Below are positions 1-10,653 of a stretch of DNA of 64,000 nt, one piece after another; position 1 is the first letter of the stretch, and every line of letters begins with the position of its first letter. Source of the DNA: Gemmatimonas sp. (GTDB lineage: Bacteria > Gemmatimonadota > Gemmatimonadetes > Gemmatimonadales > Gemmatimonadaceae); the NCBI GenBank assembly GCA_031414535.1, contig JANNVQ010000002.1, positions 19,705-83,704 on the forward strand, given 5' to 3'. The translations under genes were made by a program, and so were the position numbers. The notes beneath the pieces were generated by a model, which worked only from the letters and a program-made list of their open reading frames with translations, did not search any database and was not told where the DNA came from.

Positions 1-168
1 ATCACGGCGAGCGCGATTGACCTTGCAGCATTCCGCCGTGCGCACCCCACACTCGCGTTGACGCCGATCGGCCGCGTGGAGGTAGCGCGCGGGGCGGGTG
101 ATGTGCGCGCCGAACGCGATGGCCTCCCAGCGACACTGCCTGGCGCCCACGACCACTTCGCTCGATGA
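1..168 (+). CDS. thiL: 3' end of thiamine-monophosphate kinase (partial)
   Basis: Frame 1 is open from base 1 to TGA 166-168 and reads ...LTPIGRV...GAHDHFAR*, matching the ThiL C-terminal T-x-IG-x-V...G-x-DHF pattern; stop overlaps plsC ATG. Not in the ORF track. Confidence 0.6.
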   Translation: MTASAIDLAAFRRAHPTLALTPIGRVEVARGAGDVRAERDGLPATLPGAHDHFAR

Positions 169-905
169 TTCGCGCCGTCTTCGTATTCATCACGCTGCTG
201 CTGAGCACCATCACGTTCGGTGGCTGGGCGGTGCTCGCCGGCCTGTTCCGCGTACGGGACGGGATCGGCTCGCCGTACGACCGCTCGCCGCGCTATTGGG
301 GTCGCACGGTGCTCTGGGCGAGCGGCGTCAAGCTCGTGGAGCACAACGCGGAGCGAAAGCTTGGCGCTCGGCACATCTTCGCCGTGAACCACGTGGGCAA
401 TTACGATGTGCTGGCGATTGCGGCATCCCTGCGCTGGATGAAGTTCGTGGCCAAGGCCGAGCTCTTCAAGATTCCCGGCTTCGGCAAGGCGATGCTCTCG
501 GCGGGCATGATTCCGATTGAGCGCGCGAATCGCAAGGCGGCCTTCGGTTCCTATTCATTGGCCACCAAGCGCATCGAAGCGGGCGCCTCCGTGGCCGTGT
601 ATCCGGAGGGCACTCGCGGCAACGCGTATCCGCTGCGGCCCTTCAAGAAGGGCCCGTTTGTGCTCGCCATTCAGGCGCAGGCCCCGGTCGTGCCGGTGGT
701 TGTGTACGGCCAGCTCGAAGTCCAGTACAAAGGTCAGTTTCGCGTCACGCCAGGGACCATCCATCTGCATTACCTGCCGGCCATCGAAACCGCGGGGATG
801 AACTACGACGATCGTGACCGACTCGCGCGACTCACCCACGAGGCGATGGCGGGCTGCCTGTTGGAGGTGTACGGGGTGGAGTCACCGCCGTACAAAGGGG
901 CGTAA
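165..905 (+). CDS. plsC: 1-acyl-sn-glycerol-3-phosphate acyltransferase
   Basis: NHVGNYD (NHx4D) and YPEGTR motifs, PFKKG, N-terminal hydrophobic helix. Confidence 0.9.
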   Translation: MIRAVFVFITLLLSTITFGGWAVLAGLFRVRDGIGSPYDRSPRYWGRTVLWASGVKLVEHNAERKLGARHIFAVNHVGNYDVLAIAASLRWMKFVAKAELFKIPGFGKAMLSAGMIPIERANRKAAFGSYSLATKRIEAGASVAVYPEGTRGNAYPLRPFKKGPFVLAIQAQAPVVPVVVYGQLEVQYKGQFRVTPGTIHLHYLPAIETAGMNYDDRDRLARLTHEAMAGCLLEVYGVESPPYKGA

Positions 906-925
906 GTTGGGCTAGTTTTGAGAGG

Positions 926-2327
<1,402 letters not shown>

Positions 2328-2349
2328 GGCCTAGCGGCTCGAGCGCATC

Positions 2350-2691
2350 ATGGCCACCAAGAAGCGCGCGAGTACGGCAACCGGGGGGCCGGCGGCTCCC
2401 CGCACCCCGGGGTGGATTGCGCTCCGCGTGGGCCTGGGTGTCTTGGTGATTGCCGTGATCTCGTTCGCGGTGCAGGGCGGGGAGTACGGGAGCACCGACC
2501 TGCTGACCCAGAAGAAGCGGCTCGCAGCCCTGACGGTAACAGTGGACTCGCTGCAGCAGCGCGTGGATTCGCTAACGGCGTACAAGCGCGCCGTTGAGAC
2601 CGATCCAATCACGCAGGAACGGATTGCGCGCGAGGAATTCGGCATGGTGAAGCCTGGCGAGGTGCTGTACCGGTTTGCGGATCCGCAGTAG
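2350..2691 (+). CDS. ftsB: Septum formation initiator FtsB/DivIC
   Basis: TM helix, coiled coil, ERIAREEFGMVKPGE motif; follows eno. Confidence 0.85.
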   Translation: MATKKRASTATGGPAAPRTPGWIALRVGLGVLVIAVISFAVQGGEYGSTDLLTQKKRLAALTVTVDSLQQRVDSLTAYKRAVETDPITQERIAREEFGMVKPGEVLYRFADPQ

Positions 2692-2700
2692 AAGGGCGGG

Positions 2701-2829
2701 TCACCACGGAGGCACGGAGGCACGGAGACTGCCGGAGCAGGAAATTCTTGGGGGCTCGCACCGGAATCTCGGCGCGAGCCCCCAAAAGCATCCTCCGCGG
2801 ACCTCCGTGTCTCTGTGCCTCCGTGGTGA
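2701..2829. repeat. 27-bp imperfect inverted repeat of CACGGAGG units with a nested 12-bp hairpin
   Basis: TCACCACGGAGGCACGGAGGCACGGAG 2701-2727 vs 2803-2829 (2 mismatches); inner TTGGGGGCTCGC 2748-2759 / GCGAGCCCCCAA 2774-2785; lies between convergent genes. Confidence 0.85.
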
Positions 2830-2839
2830 AGCAATTTCA

Positions 2840-3730
2840 CTAGACTGCCGCGAAAACTCGCTGCGCATGCGCGAGCTTGCCGAGTGCGTCTCGGGTGGGA
2901 ATGAACTCGTGCGCCACGAAGCCGGTGAAGCCGGTCGCCGCGATGGCGCGGGCGATGCGCGGATAGAATAGCTCCTGCGTCTCGTCAATCTCGTGACGGC
3001 CGGGATTGCCCGCCGTGTGATAGTGCCCGATAATCGCCTGGTGCTTTTCAATCGTGCGGATGACGTCACCTTCCATGATCTGCATATGGTAGATGTCGTA
3101 CAGCAACTTGAAGCGCGCTGAGCCAATCCCCTGTGCGACCTGCGCGGCCCATTCCGTGTGATCGGCGTGGTAGTCGAAGTGGTCCACCTTGCTGTTCAGC
3201 ATCTCCATCACCAAGGTGACGCCGAGTCGTTCGGCGGTGGGGATGATGCGCTTGAGGCCATTCACGCAGTTGGCGATGCCTTCGCCGTCGGACATGCCGC
3301 GGCGGTTGCCGGAGAACACAATCATCTGCGCAATCCCCGCGCGCGCCACGAGTGGCAACAGGCGCTCACTCTCGGCGACGAGTCGGTCGTGCAGGTCTGG
3401 GCGATTCCAGCCGTCGGGAATTGGCCCCGGGCCGTTGGCGACGGTGCAGACGAGCCCGTGGGCCTTGGGGACATCCCAGTCGGGCTCACTGAGCAGATCA
3501 ATGCCGTCGAGTCCGATGCGTTTGGCCTCGGCGCAGAACTCGGGCAGCGGCATGTTGCCGAAGCACCAGCGCGCAACGCTCTGCCGGTACGGCGCGGTGC
3601 GCCGAGCGTCAGTGGAATCGGCGACTGCGGCATCCGCCATCGGCTCTGCGATGAGCGAAGCCGGTGCGATCGCGATTGCGGCTGCGGCGCCGAGCCCCCG
3701 CTTAATCGCCTCGCGTCGTGATGTGCTCAT
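2840..3730 (-). CDS. Hydroxypyruvate isomerase / AP-endonuclease-2 TIM-barrel protein with Tat-like signal
   Basis: SRREAIK twin-Arg leader; EMLNSKVDH, LLYDIYHMQIMEG, HYHTAGNPGRHE motifs; start moved to 3730. Confidence 0.8.
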   Translation of the reverse strand: MSTSRREAIKRGLGAAAAIAIAPASLIAEPMADAAVADSTDARRTAPYRQSVARWCFGNMPLPEFCAEAKRIGLDGIDLLSEPDWDVPKAHGLVCTVANGPGPIPDGWNRPDLHDRLVAESERLLPLVARAGIAQMIVFSGNRRGMSDGEGIANCVNGLKRIIPTAERLGVTLVMEMLNSKVDHFDYHADHTEWAAQVAQGIGSARFKLLYDIYHMQIMEGDVIRTIEKHQAIIGHYHTAGNPGRHEIDETQELFYPRIARAIAATGFTGFVAHEFIPTRDALGKLAHAQRVFAAV

Positions 3731-5412
3731 AGTTCTCCTCGGCGGATCTTGTCCACGGCGCCGGCCGCGGCGCGGGCGGTAAGTGCCATGTAGGTGATGC
3801 TCGGATTCTGGCAGGCGGAACTCGCCATGGCGGCACCGTCGGTCACGAAGACGTTGGGCACTTCCCACACTTGGTTGTCGCGGTTGAGTACGCCGTCGCC
3901 CGGAGTGCGACTCATGCGCGCGCCGCCCATCTCGTGGATGCACAGACCCGGTGGCACGTTCGGACGATTCTGCCAAATGTCGCGCGCACCAGCGGCTTCG
4001 AGCATCTCGACCGCGCTCGTCGTCATATCACGCATCATTGCGCGTTCGTTGTCGCCCCACTTGCAGGTGATGCGCAGGGCGGGGATGCCCCACTTGTCCT
4101 TGACCGTCGGATCGAGCGCGAGGTGATTGGCCTCGTTCGGCAACTGCTCGCCCCATCCATTGATTGCGAGCGTCCAGGGCGCGAGTTCGTTGAGGAGCCG
4201 TTGCTTGTACTCGGGGCCGCTGCCAGCACCGCGGAACGTCGAACGCCCGGAGCCGCCCTGCATGCCGTATCCGCGCACGAAGTCACTGCTCGCTGGCGAG
4301 GCTTTCGTATTGCGGAATCGCGCGACGTAGATGCCGTTGGGTCGGTTGCCGGTCTTCACGCGGTCTTCGAAGCCTGGCATTACACCGCCAGCGCCCCAGA
4401 GCATGTGGTGATCCATGATGTACTTGCCCAACGTGCCGCTGGCGTTGCCCATGCCCTGCGGGTGCGCACCGCTCTTGGAGTTCATGAGGATGCGTGTGGA
4501 CTCGAACGCCGACGCACACAGGAAGATCACCTGCGCTTCGTACAGTGTTTCCTGCATCGTGTGCGCGTCAATCACGCGGACGCCGCGCGCCTTGCCCGTG
4601 CGCAGGTCGTGCACGACCTCCGCCACGACGCTGTGCGGGCGCAAGGTGAGGCGACCAGTGGCGGCCGCTGCTGGCAGGGTGGATCCATTGGAGGAGAAGT
4701 ACGAGTGCGTGATGCATCCGCGCTCGCAGGGGCCGCAGTAGTGGCAGGCGGCGCGGCCGTTGTGATTACGCGTGAGCACCGCGGCGCGGCCGATGGTCAT
4801 CACACGACTGCCACCGAAGGCACCGAGGATCTTTTCGCGCGCCTGCGTTTCCACGCAGGTCATTTGCATTGGTGGGAGGAACTCGCCGTCGGGGAGTTGC
4901 TCGAGGCCTTCGGCGGCACCGGAGACGCCGATGAAGCGCTCGACGTGCGAGTACCAAGGGGCGATGTCCGCGTAACGAATCGGCCAGTCGTTACCGTGGC
5001 CGTCCTTCGCGTTGGCTTCGAAGTCCAGATCGCTCCAGCGGTAGACCTGGCGGCCCCACATAATGGAGCGCCCACCGACCTGGCGGCCGCGGATCCACTT
5101 GAACGGTGCGTCGTCGGGCGTAGTGTAGGGATTCTCGTTGTCGTTCACGAAGAATTTGGAGCCCGCTTCGTCGCAGGCGTAGCACTCACGCTGAATCTTT
5201 TGGTCGCGCGCGAGTGTTTTCCGATCGCCGAGGCCCTTGTAGCGCATTTGGTAGGCCTGCACGTGCTCGGTGTAGTCGGTGGCCGGATTGATTGGGCCGC
5301 CGGCTTCGAGCACTAAGGTCTGCATCCCGCGCTCTGTGAGCTCCTTGGCCGCCCATCCACCGGAGATACCGGAGCCTACGACGATGGCGTCAAAGCGTCG
5401 TTGCTGCGGCAT
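3727..5412 (-). CDS. GMC-family flavoprotein oxidoreductase (glycoside 3-dehydrogenase-like large subunit)
   Basis: GSGISGG FAD motif, VGGRSIMWG, CHYCGPCERGC Fe-S motif, IHEMGGARM, QNPSITYMAL; ATG overlaps upstream TGA. Confidence 0.88.
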   Translation of the reverse strand: MPQQRRFDAIVVGSGISGGWAAKELTERGMQTLVLEAGGPINPATDYTEHVQAYQMRYKGLGDRKTLARDQKIQRECYACDEAGSKFFVNDNENPYTTPDDAPFKWIRGRQVGGRSIMWGRQVYRWSDLDFEANAKDGHGNDWPIRYADIAPWYSHVERFIGVSGAAEGLEQLPDGEFLPPMQMTCVETQAREKILGAFGGSRVMTIGRAAVLTRNHNGRAACHYCGPCERGCITHSYFSSNGSTLPAAAATGRLTLRPHSVVAEVVHDLRTGKARGVRVIDAHTMQETLYEAQVIFLCASAFESTRILMNSKSGAHPQGMGNASGTLGKYIMDHHMLWGAGGVMPGFEDRVKTGNRPNGIYVARFRNTKASPASSDFVRGYGMQGGSGRSTFRGAGSGPEYKQRLLNELAPWTLAINGWGEQLPNEANHLALDPTVKDKWGIPALRITCKWGDNERAMMRDMTTSAVEMLEAAGARDIWQNRPNVPPGLCIHEMGGARMSRTPGDGVLNRDNQVWEVPNVFVTDGAAMASSACQNPSITYMALTARAAAGAVDKIRRGEL

Positions 5413-5984
5413 CAGCGGGCTCCTCCCACGATGGGAAGCGGAACGCAGCCTTCGTACTTGCCAGGCGTGATGTTGGTACGAATGACCGTCTTCTGGATGG
5501 TTTCGCTGGTGATCCAAGCGTGCACGGTCCAACTCTTGATGCGCCGCAAGGCGCGTTGTCCCGCCGTGGGTTGCTCGGCTTGCGCTTCGGCCCACGCAAT
5601 CTCAGATGCGGCCGCCGTGGCACCCAGCGTCGGCCAGTTACGGCCGTGTTCGGCGTAGGCCCGCTGTTCCAACTCTGTGAGACCGCGTTCAATCATCGCG
5701 CGGTCATCATCGCTTGCCCACTCGGCGAGAAGCAACTCGATGAAATCCACCGTGCCCACGTCCAAGGCACCCGGCGTATCGGAGCGCGGGATGAGCGCGT
5801 CGGCGATGGCGCTGACGGTGGCACGCTCTGCGGCCTTGAGGACGCGCACCCGAGTAGCCGGGCAACCGCTTGCCCGCGCCCAAGCGTGGCGCGTCCAATC
5901 GTCGTTGGGAAGAGCGGCCTCCAGGCGGCGAGGGATAGCGGCGACGACGGCGAGTTCGAGGAGGGACCGGCGAGAAATGGCCAT
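5412..5984 (-). CDS. Gluconate 2-dehydrogenase subunit 3 family (Tat-carrier small subunit)
   Basis: SRRSLL leader, IPRSDTPGA motif, PGKYEGC C-terminus; coupled to the GMC gene. Confidence 0.8.
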   Translation of the reverse strand: MAISRRSLLELAVVAAIPRRLEAALPNDDWTRHAWARASGCPATRVRVLKAAERATVSAIADALIPRSDTPGALDVGTVDFIELLLAEWASDDDRAMIERGLTELEQRAYAEHGRNWPTLGATAAASEIAWAEAQAEQPTAGQRALRRIKSWTVHAWITSETIQKTVIRTNITPGKYEGCVPLPIVGGAR

Positions 5985-6087
5985 AAGCAATAGCCGTAGC
6001 TGGGAGGGGAGGATGGCCAAACTTGCTGGCCGCGGCTGCCGTCCGGAAGCGGGGAGAAACGGGTGGCGAAAGTTGCTCGCTGATGCC

Positions 6088-6116
6088 TTGAACTTTGCCT
6101 ATCTCGCCACTATGTT
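6088..6116 (+). promoter_or_regulatory. Sigma70-type promoter for the tRNA pair
   Basis: TTGAAC-N17-TATGTT ending 11 nt before tRNA-fMet. Confidence 0.5.
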
Positions 6117-6127
6117 CCCCAGACTAC

Positions 6128-6201
<74 letters not shown>

Positions 6202-6258
6202 TGCGCAGGAACCGGAGCGCCTCCTTGCGGGGCGCTTCGTTGTTACACGGATGAATAG

Positions 6259-6332
6259 GGCTGGGTAGCTCAGCTGGTTAGAGCACGGCACTCATAATGC
6301 CGGGGTCGCGGGTTCGAGTCCCGCCCCAGCTA
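6259..6332 (+). tRNA. tRNA-Met (CAT; elongator-like, Ile2 not excluded)
   Basis: GGCTGGG/CCCAGCT acceptor stem, CTCATAA loop, GGTTCGAGTCC T-arm; CCA not encoded. Confidence 0.9.
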
Positions 6333-6339
6333 TCACACT

Positions 6340-6372
6340 GAATCCCCGCGCGCCCCTAGGCCGCGGGGATTC
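6340..6372 (+). terminator. GC-rich hairpin after the tRNAs
   Basis: GAATCCCCGCG...CGCGGGGATTC; no clear U-tract. Confidence 0.5.
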
Positions 6373-6412
6373 GGCATATTGGAGCTGACGGTTCACCTGC
6401 CTGGGCTTCCTT

Positions 6413-7117
6413 ATGCGCCTTCGCTATCGATTTGCCATCGCCGACGGGACGGAGCGCACCTTTGAGGTGACGCTCCATCCAGAGTCGTTGGCGCTGCAGT
6501 TGCCGGTCAAGGCGGACGTCGCCCCGGCGTGGACGGCGCTTGAGAATGAGCAGTGCCCAAACTGCCCACTGCGCCCAGAGGATTCGCCACACTGCCCCGT
6601 GGCCGTGGCGGTTGATCCGGTCATCATGGCGTTTCACGATTCGATCTCCCATCATCAGGCAGAGATTACAATCGAGACGGAGGCGCGCAGCTATCAGAAG
6701 CAGGCCACGCTGCAAGCGGGCATCAGCGGCGTGATCGGTTTGTTGATGAGTACAGCGGGGTGCCCCGTGCTCGACAAACTGCGGCCCATGGTGCGCACGC
6801 ACCTGCCCTTCGCTACGCTGCCGGAGACGATGTATCGGTCGATGTCTATGTACCTCCTCGCGCAGTACTTCATTGCCCAACGCGGAGGCACTCCCGACTG
6901 GAACATGCAGGGACTTTCCGATGTTTATGCTGAGGTGCGGCGCGTGAACAAAGCCTTCCTGCGTCGCCTACACACGCTCAAAATCGAGGATGCCAGCCTC
7001 AATGCGATCGTCAATCTCGATGTGTTCGCGACCTTCACGAACATGAGCTTGGGGTCAGATCAGCTTGAGGACGTCGAAGTGTTGTTTTCGGCCTACCTGC
7101 CAGCGGCGCAAGCCTAA
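6413..7117 (+). CDS. Conserved hypothetical protein (DUF6901-like, Cys motifs)
   Basis: CPNCPL...CPVA and STAGCP...RPMVRTHLPFA motifs. Confidence 0.6.
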   Translation: MRLRYRFAIADGTERTFEVTLHPESLALQLPVKADVAPAWTALENEQCPNCPLRPEDSPHCPVAVAVDPVIMAFHDSISHHQAEITIETEARSYQKQATLQAGISGVIGLLMSTAGCPVLDKLRPMVRTHLPFATLPETMYRSMSMYLLAQYFIAQRGGTPDWNMQGLSDVYAEVRRVNKAFLRRLHTLKIEDASLNAIVNLDVFATFTNMSLGSDQLEDVEVLFSAYLPAAQA

Positions 7118-7130
7118 TGTGCCACGAACA

Positions 7131-7343
7131 ATGATGACTGAAGAGACTGGTCCTCCCGACTCGAAGCCCCCCACGATTACTCCGCTCGTGGACTGGATGT
7201 CGCGGCACGGTTGGAAGAGTTTCGTTGCGTTGGTTGTCATTGGACTGCTGTTTCATGCCTATGGCGTGGGCTTGCTGGGGTCGAGTGACGACGTTGCCGC
7301 ACTCGCCCGCGTGCAGTTCGACGTGACACCGATTCCCGAATGA
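7131..7343 (+). CDS. Small membrane protein
   Basis: One hydrophobic helix; fills the gap and overlaps the next ATG (ATGA). Confidence 0.5.
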   Translation: MMTEETGPPDSKPPTITPLVDWMSRHGWKSFVALVVIGLLFHAYGVGLLGSSDDVAALARVQFDVTPIPE

Positions 7344-9295
7344 GCCATGCGTCAATCGGCGCTCGGCTGTCGTCGGCGGGCCGCAGTCGTGAGGGACTGC
7401 TGGCTAACCGCATCGCCGTCATCGTCTTGGCGTACCAACTGGTGCGCGCGGTATTCCTATGGAACAATCGCGGAAGCTTTGCCGGTACCCCCACCGCAGA
7501 TGTGGCGCTGGCCTTCATCAAGGGCCTACGCTTTGATCTCTCGGCCGTTGCGTACAGCAATATCCCGTTCATCCTCCTGTCGCTCGCGCCGGATACCGTC
7601 TTGGCGCGTCGGTGGTACCAGCGCCTGTTGATGGGTCTGTTCCTTGTGGTGAATGGCGCCGCGGTCATCATCATGATGGGCGATGTTGCCTACTACCCCT
7701 TCACGGGCACACGCGTGACGATGGATGTTTTCTCGCTCACGGGTGAAGCGACGGCACAAGCCGATCAGCTCTTTTTGAACTTTGCGGGCCTGACGGCGAC
7801 GGGTGTCTGTCTGCTGGTTGTGCTCGCGATGCAATACAAGCGTCGCGCCGGTGAAACCTTCGGTCCGGTTGCGGCGTCGCGCCGCGTGGGCGCTGGTCTC
7901 GTGGTGCTGGCGTTGACAGCAGTCGCCGCGCGAGGCGGCTTCCAAAAGAAGCCCCTCAACCCCATCCACGCATTTTCGAGCGGCAGTCACGAGGTTGGTA
8001 TCCTCACGCTCAACTCGGCGTTTACGCTCATTCAATCGCCGCGCGGGCGACAGCTCGAGCCGGTGGAGTACTTTGCCGAGCAGGCGGACGTGGACTCCAT
8101 CCTGCAGACGCAGTACGGCTTTGCCGCAGCAATGGGCAATAAACTGCCCGCGCAGCAGCAGAACATCGTGTTGCTCATCCTCGAGAGTTACGCCACGGAA
8201 TTCTGGGGCGGTGTGGACCGCGAGCAGCCGGGGCTGACGCCGTTCCTCGATTCGCTGCGCGGCCAGGGTGCGTTCTTCACCGAATCGTTCTCCAATGGTC
8301 GTCGCTCGATGGACGCGTTGCCGAGCATGCTGTTGGGTGTACCACTTTACCGTGGGCAGAGTATCGCGGTGAGTGAGTATCAGAGCAATCAATGGATTGG
8401 CCTTGGGCATCTGCTGGGCGGGGCTGGCTATCACACGAGCTTTTTCCACGGCGCCCCCAAGGGCACGATGTATTTTGATGCCATCGCTTCGCTCGCGGGT
8501 ATCGAGGACTTCTATCCGTTGGAGCGGTTTCCCGAGGCCACGCAGACGCAAGCCTTTGATGGGCACTGGGGCCTCTACGATGAAGAAGCCTTGCAGTTTG
8601 CGGTCCGGCAGGTGGGGACGTTCAAAGAGCCGTGGTTCGCCACCATGTTCACCATCAGCACCCACCATCCTTATCGCGTTCCGCCGCGCTACGTGGATTC
8701 GCTGCCGAAGGGCTCGCGCGAAATTCATCAGAGTGTGGCGTATGTGGACTTGGCCGTGCGCCGCTTCTTTGACGAGGCGCGCAAGCAGCCGTGGTTCGAG
8801 AACACGCTCTTCGTCATCACCGGCGATCACACTCCGCCGATGCGCTCCGCCAGGTATGACTCGCCGATAGGTCGCTACATGGTGCCAACGCTGCTGTATC
8901 ATCCCGCCGGTCGTTTGCCGACGTTGGATCAGCAGCGCATCGTGCAGCACGTAGATCTGTTCCCGACCATCCTCGACTTTGCGGGCGTGCGCCCCACCAA
9001 GGTGCCGCTCTTTGGGCACTCGCTGTTTTCGGCGCAAGCTGGCGAAGCGGTGCTGACCACGGACGAGACCTATTGGATTGTCCGCAAGGACGGGGTGCTG
9101 GAGCGCACGCCCGCGGGCACCGAGCGCATGCTGATGTACCGTCGAGAGCGTACGGGGGAGGCGGAGACCGTGCTTCCTCAGGCATCGCGGGCGGAGCTCA
9201 GCAGACGCCTGCTCGCGTATGTGCAACACTACACCATGTCGCTGATCGAGAACTCGTTCTACCGCACGGCGCCGCTGAGGCCTCCCGCGTCTTGA
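7340..9295 (+). CDS. LTA synthase / phosphoglycerol transferase (sulfatase-fold membrane protein)
   Basis: About 5 N-terminal TM helices with GLRFDL; NIVLLILES, STHHPY, ITGDH motifs. Confidence 0.85.
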   Translation: MSHASIGARLSSAGRSREGLLANRIAVIVLAYQLVRAVFLWNNRGSFAGTPTADVALAFIKGLRFDLSAVAYSNIPFILLSLAPDTVLARRWYQRLLMGLFLVVNGAAVIIMMGDVAYYPFTGTRVTMDVFSLTGEATAQADQLFLNFAGLTATGVCLLVVLAMQYKRRAGETFGPVAASRRVGAGLVVLALTAVAARGGFQKKPLNPIHAFSSGSHEVGILTLNSAFTLIQSPRGRQLEPVEYFAEQADVDSILQTQYGFAAAMGNKLPAQQQNIVLLILESYATEFWGGVDREQPGLTPFLDSLRGQGAFFTESFSNGRRSMDALPSMLLGVPLYRGQSIAVSEYQSNQWIGLGHLLGGAGYHTSFFHGAPKGTMYFDAIASLAGIEDFYPLERFPEATQTQAFDGHWGLYDEEALQFAVRQVGTFKEPWFATMFTISTHHPYRVPPRYVDSLPKGSREIHQSVAYVDLAVRRFFDEARKQPWFENTLFVITGDHTPPMRSARYDSPIGRYMVPTLLYHPAGRLPTLDQQRIVQHVDLFPTILDFAGVRPTKVPLFGHSLFSAQAGEAVLTTDETYWIVRKDGVLERTPAGTERMLMYRRERTGEAETVLPQASRAELSRRLLAYVQHYTMSLIENSFYRTAPLRPPAS

Positions 9296-9338
9296 TTCGC
9301 GCCTTCCGGCGCTTCGTGCATTCCCCCACCTTTCCCTG

Positions 9339-10415
9339 ATGGCAATCCTGCGCAATCCGCTGCACGACGAGCAAGCGACGCTCGTCACGGTCTCGCTCGT
9401 GGTGCTGGCCTCTGTGGCTACGGCGATGGGACTCGCCTTCACGCGCCCCGTGATGGTACCGCTGGTGGTCGCGACCATCGTCTACTACCTCGTGTCGCCA
9501 GTCGCAGACGTGCTGGAGCTTAAGCTACGGTTTACGCGCTGGCTCTCCACCTTCTTCGTGATGCTCTTGGTGGGGGCGGTGCTCGCCGGCGTCGGCCTGC
9601 TCTTTATCACGTCGGCGCGCGGCTTGCTGGGGTCGGCGGATGTGTATCAGGTAAAGATGCTCGATGCGGCGACCCACGTGTCTTCGTGGCTGGACCGCAT
9701 GGGCTACGAACTGAGCCGCGATGCCTTGATTGCTGCGGTGAGCGAAATACCGTCCGCAAAGGTGATGCAGGCTGGCCCCAAGTTCGCCTACGCGTTGGTG
9801 CAGAACTCTGTGCTCGTGATGCTGTTTGTCATCTTTCTGTTGCTTGGTCGCACACGCGAGCTCATCAAGCACCCGGTGTTTCGGCAAATCGACCGGGATA
9901 TCCGTCGCTACCTGATCCTGAAGACGCTTATTTCGCTGGCTACTGGCGTGTGCTTTTGGGTGATTCTCACGTCGTTCGGCATTGAGTTGGCCTTGGTGTT
10001 TGGGGTGCTCACGTTCGTCCTCAACTTCATTCCCAGCGTGGGTAGCATCATCGCGACGATGCTGCCCATTCCTATCGCGTTGGTGCAGTTTGAGACCTTG
10101 GGACCCGTGATCGCCATTGTCGTGCTGATGACGCTGGTTCAGATGGTGATTGGCAACGGCATCGATCCCTTGCTGATGGGCCAGAATCTCAACCTGAGCC
10201 CCGTGACGATTCTCGCGGCGCTTGTGTTCTGGGGTTTGATTTGGGGCGTGGTCGGCATGTTGCTTGCAGCACCGCTGACGGCCATCCTGCGCATCGTCCT
10301 AGCCCAGTTTGCGACCACGCGGCCAATGAGTGAGCTCCTCGCGGGGCGATTGCCTCAAGGCGACGAGGGCTTCACGCGCGAGCATCACTCCGAGGAGCAC
10401 GCGGGACTGGCGTAA
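9339..10415 (+). CDS. AI-2E family transporter
   Basis: LNFIPSVGS, LSPVTIL...WG...GMLLAAPL motifs; multi-TM. Confidence 0.88.
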   Translation: MAILRNPLHDEQATLVTVSLVVLASVATAMGLAFTRPVMVPLVVATIVYYLVSPVADVLELKLRFTRWLSTFFVMLLVGAVLAGVGLLFITSARGLLGSADVYQVKMLDAATHVSSWLDRMGYELSRDALIAAVSEIPSAKVMQAGPKFAYALVQNSVLVMLFVIFLLLGRTRELIKHPVFRQIDRDIRRYLILKTLISLATGVCFWVILTSFGIELALVFGVLTFVLNFIPSVGSIIATMLPIPIALVQFETLGPVIAIVVLMTLVQMVIGNGIDPLLMGQNLNLSPVTILAALVFWGLIWGVVGMLLAAPLTAILRIVLAQFATTRPMSELLAGRLPQGDEGFTREHHSEEHAGLA

Positions 10416-10443
10416 GGCGCGAGCCCTCGCTATTCCTTCGGGA

Positions 10444-10526
10444 GCCGCCAGGGGTATCTCGCGAATGCGAGATTGAGACAGTCTCTTGGAACCTGACCCG
10501 GTTTACACCGGCGTAGGGAGCGCGGC
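10444..10526 (+). ncRNA. TPP riboswitch
   Basis: GGGGT...TGAGA...GAACCTGA-CCGG...ACCGGCGTAGGGAG core; closing stem GCCGC/GCGGC; ~130 nt before a TonB receptor start. Confidence 0.85.
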
Positions 10527-10653
10527 GAGTGTCTTGGCCACATTCTCGGCCACGGCACCCGCTCGCCGGGTGCACGTGGCCTTTGTTTTGGCCAAGTGCC
10601 TCAGGCGGGATCCGCACTACGGCGTCCTCATTCTCGCTTCGAGGCCACCGCTG

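Noticed and set aside
7526..9478. Long antisense ORFs (also 3871-5316, 19217-20692, 26043-27173, 57475-57975)
   Set aside because: They shadow well-supported genes on the opposite strand, as expected at high GC, and carry no motifs.
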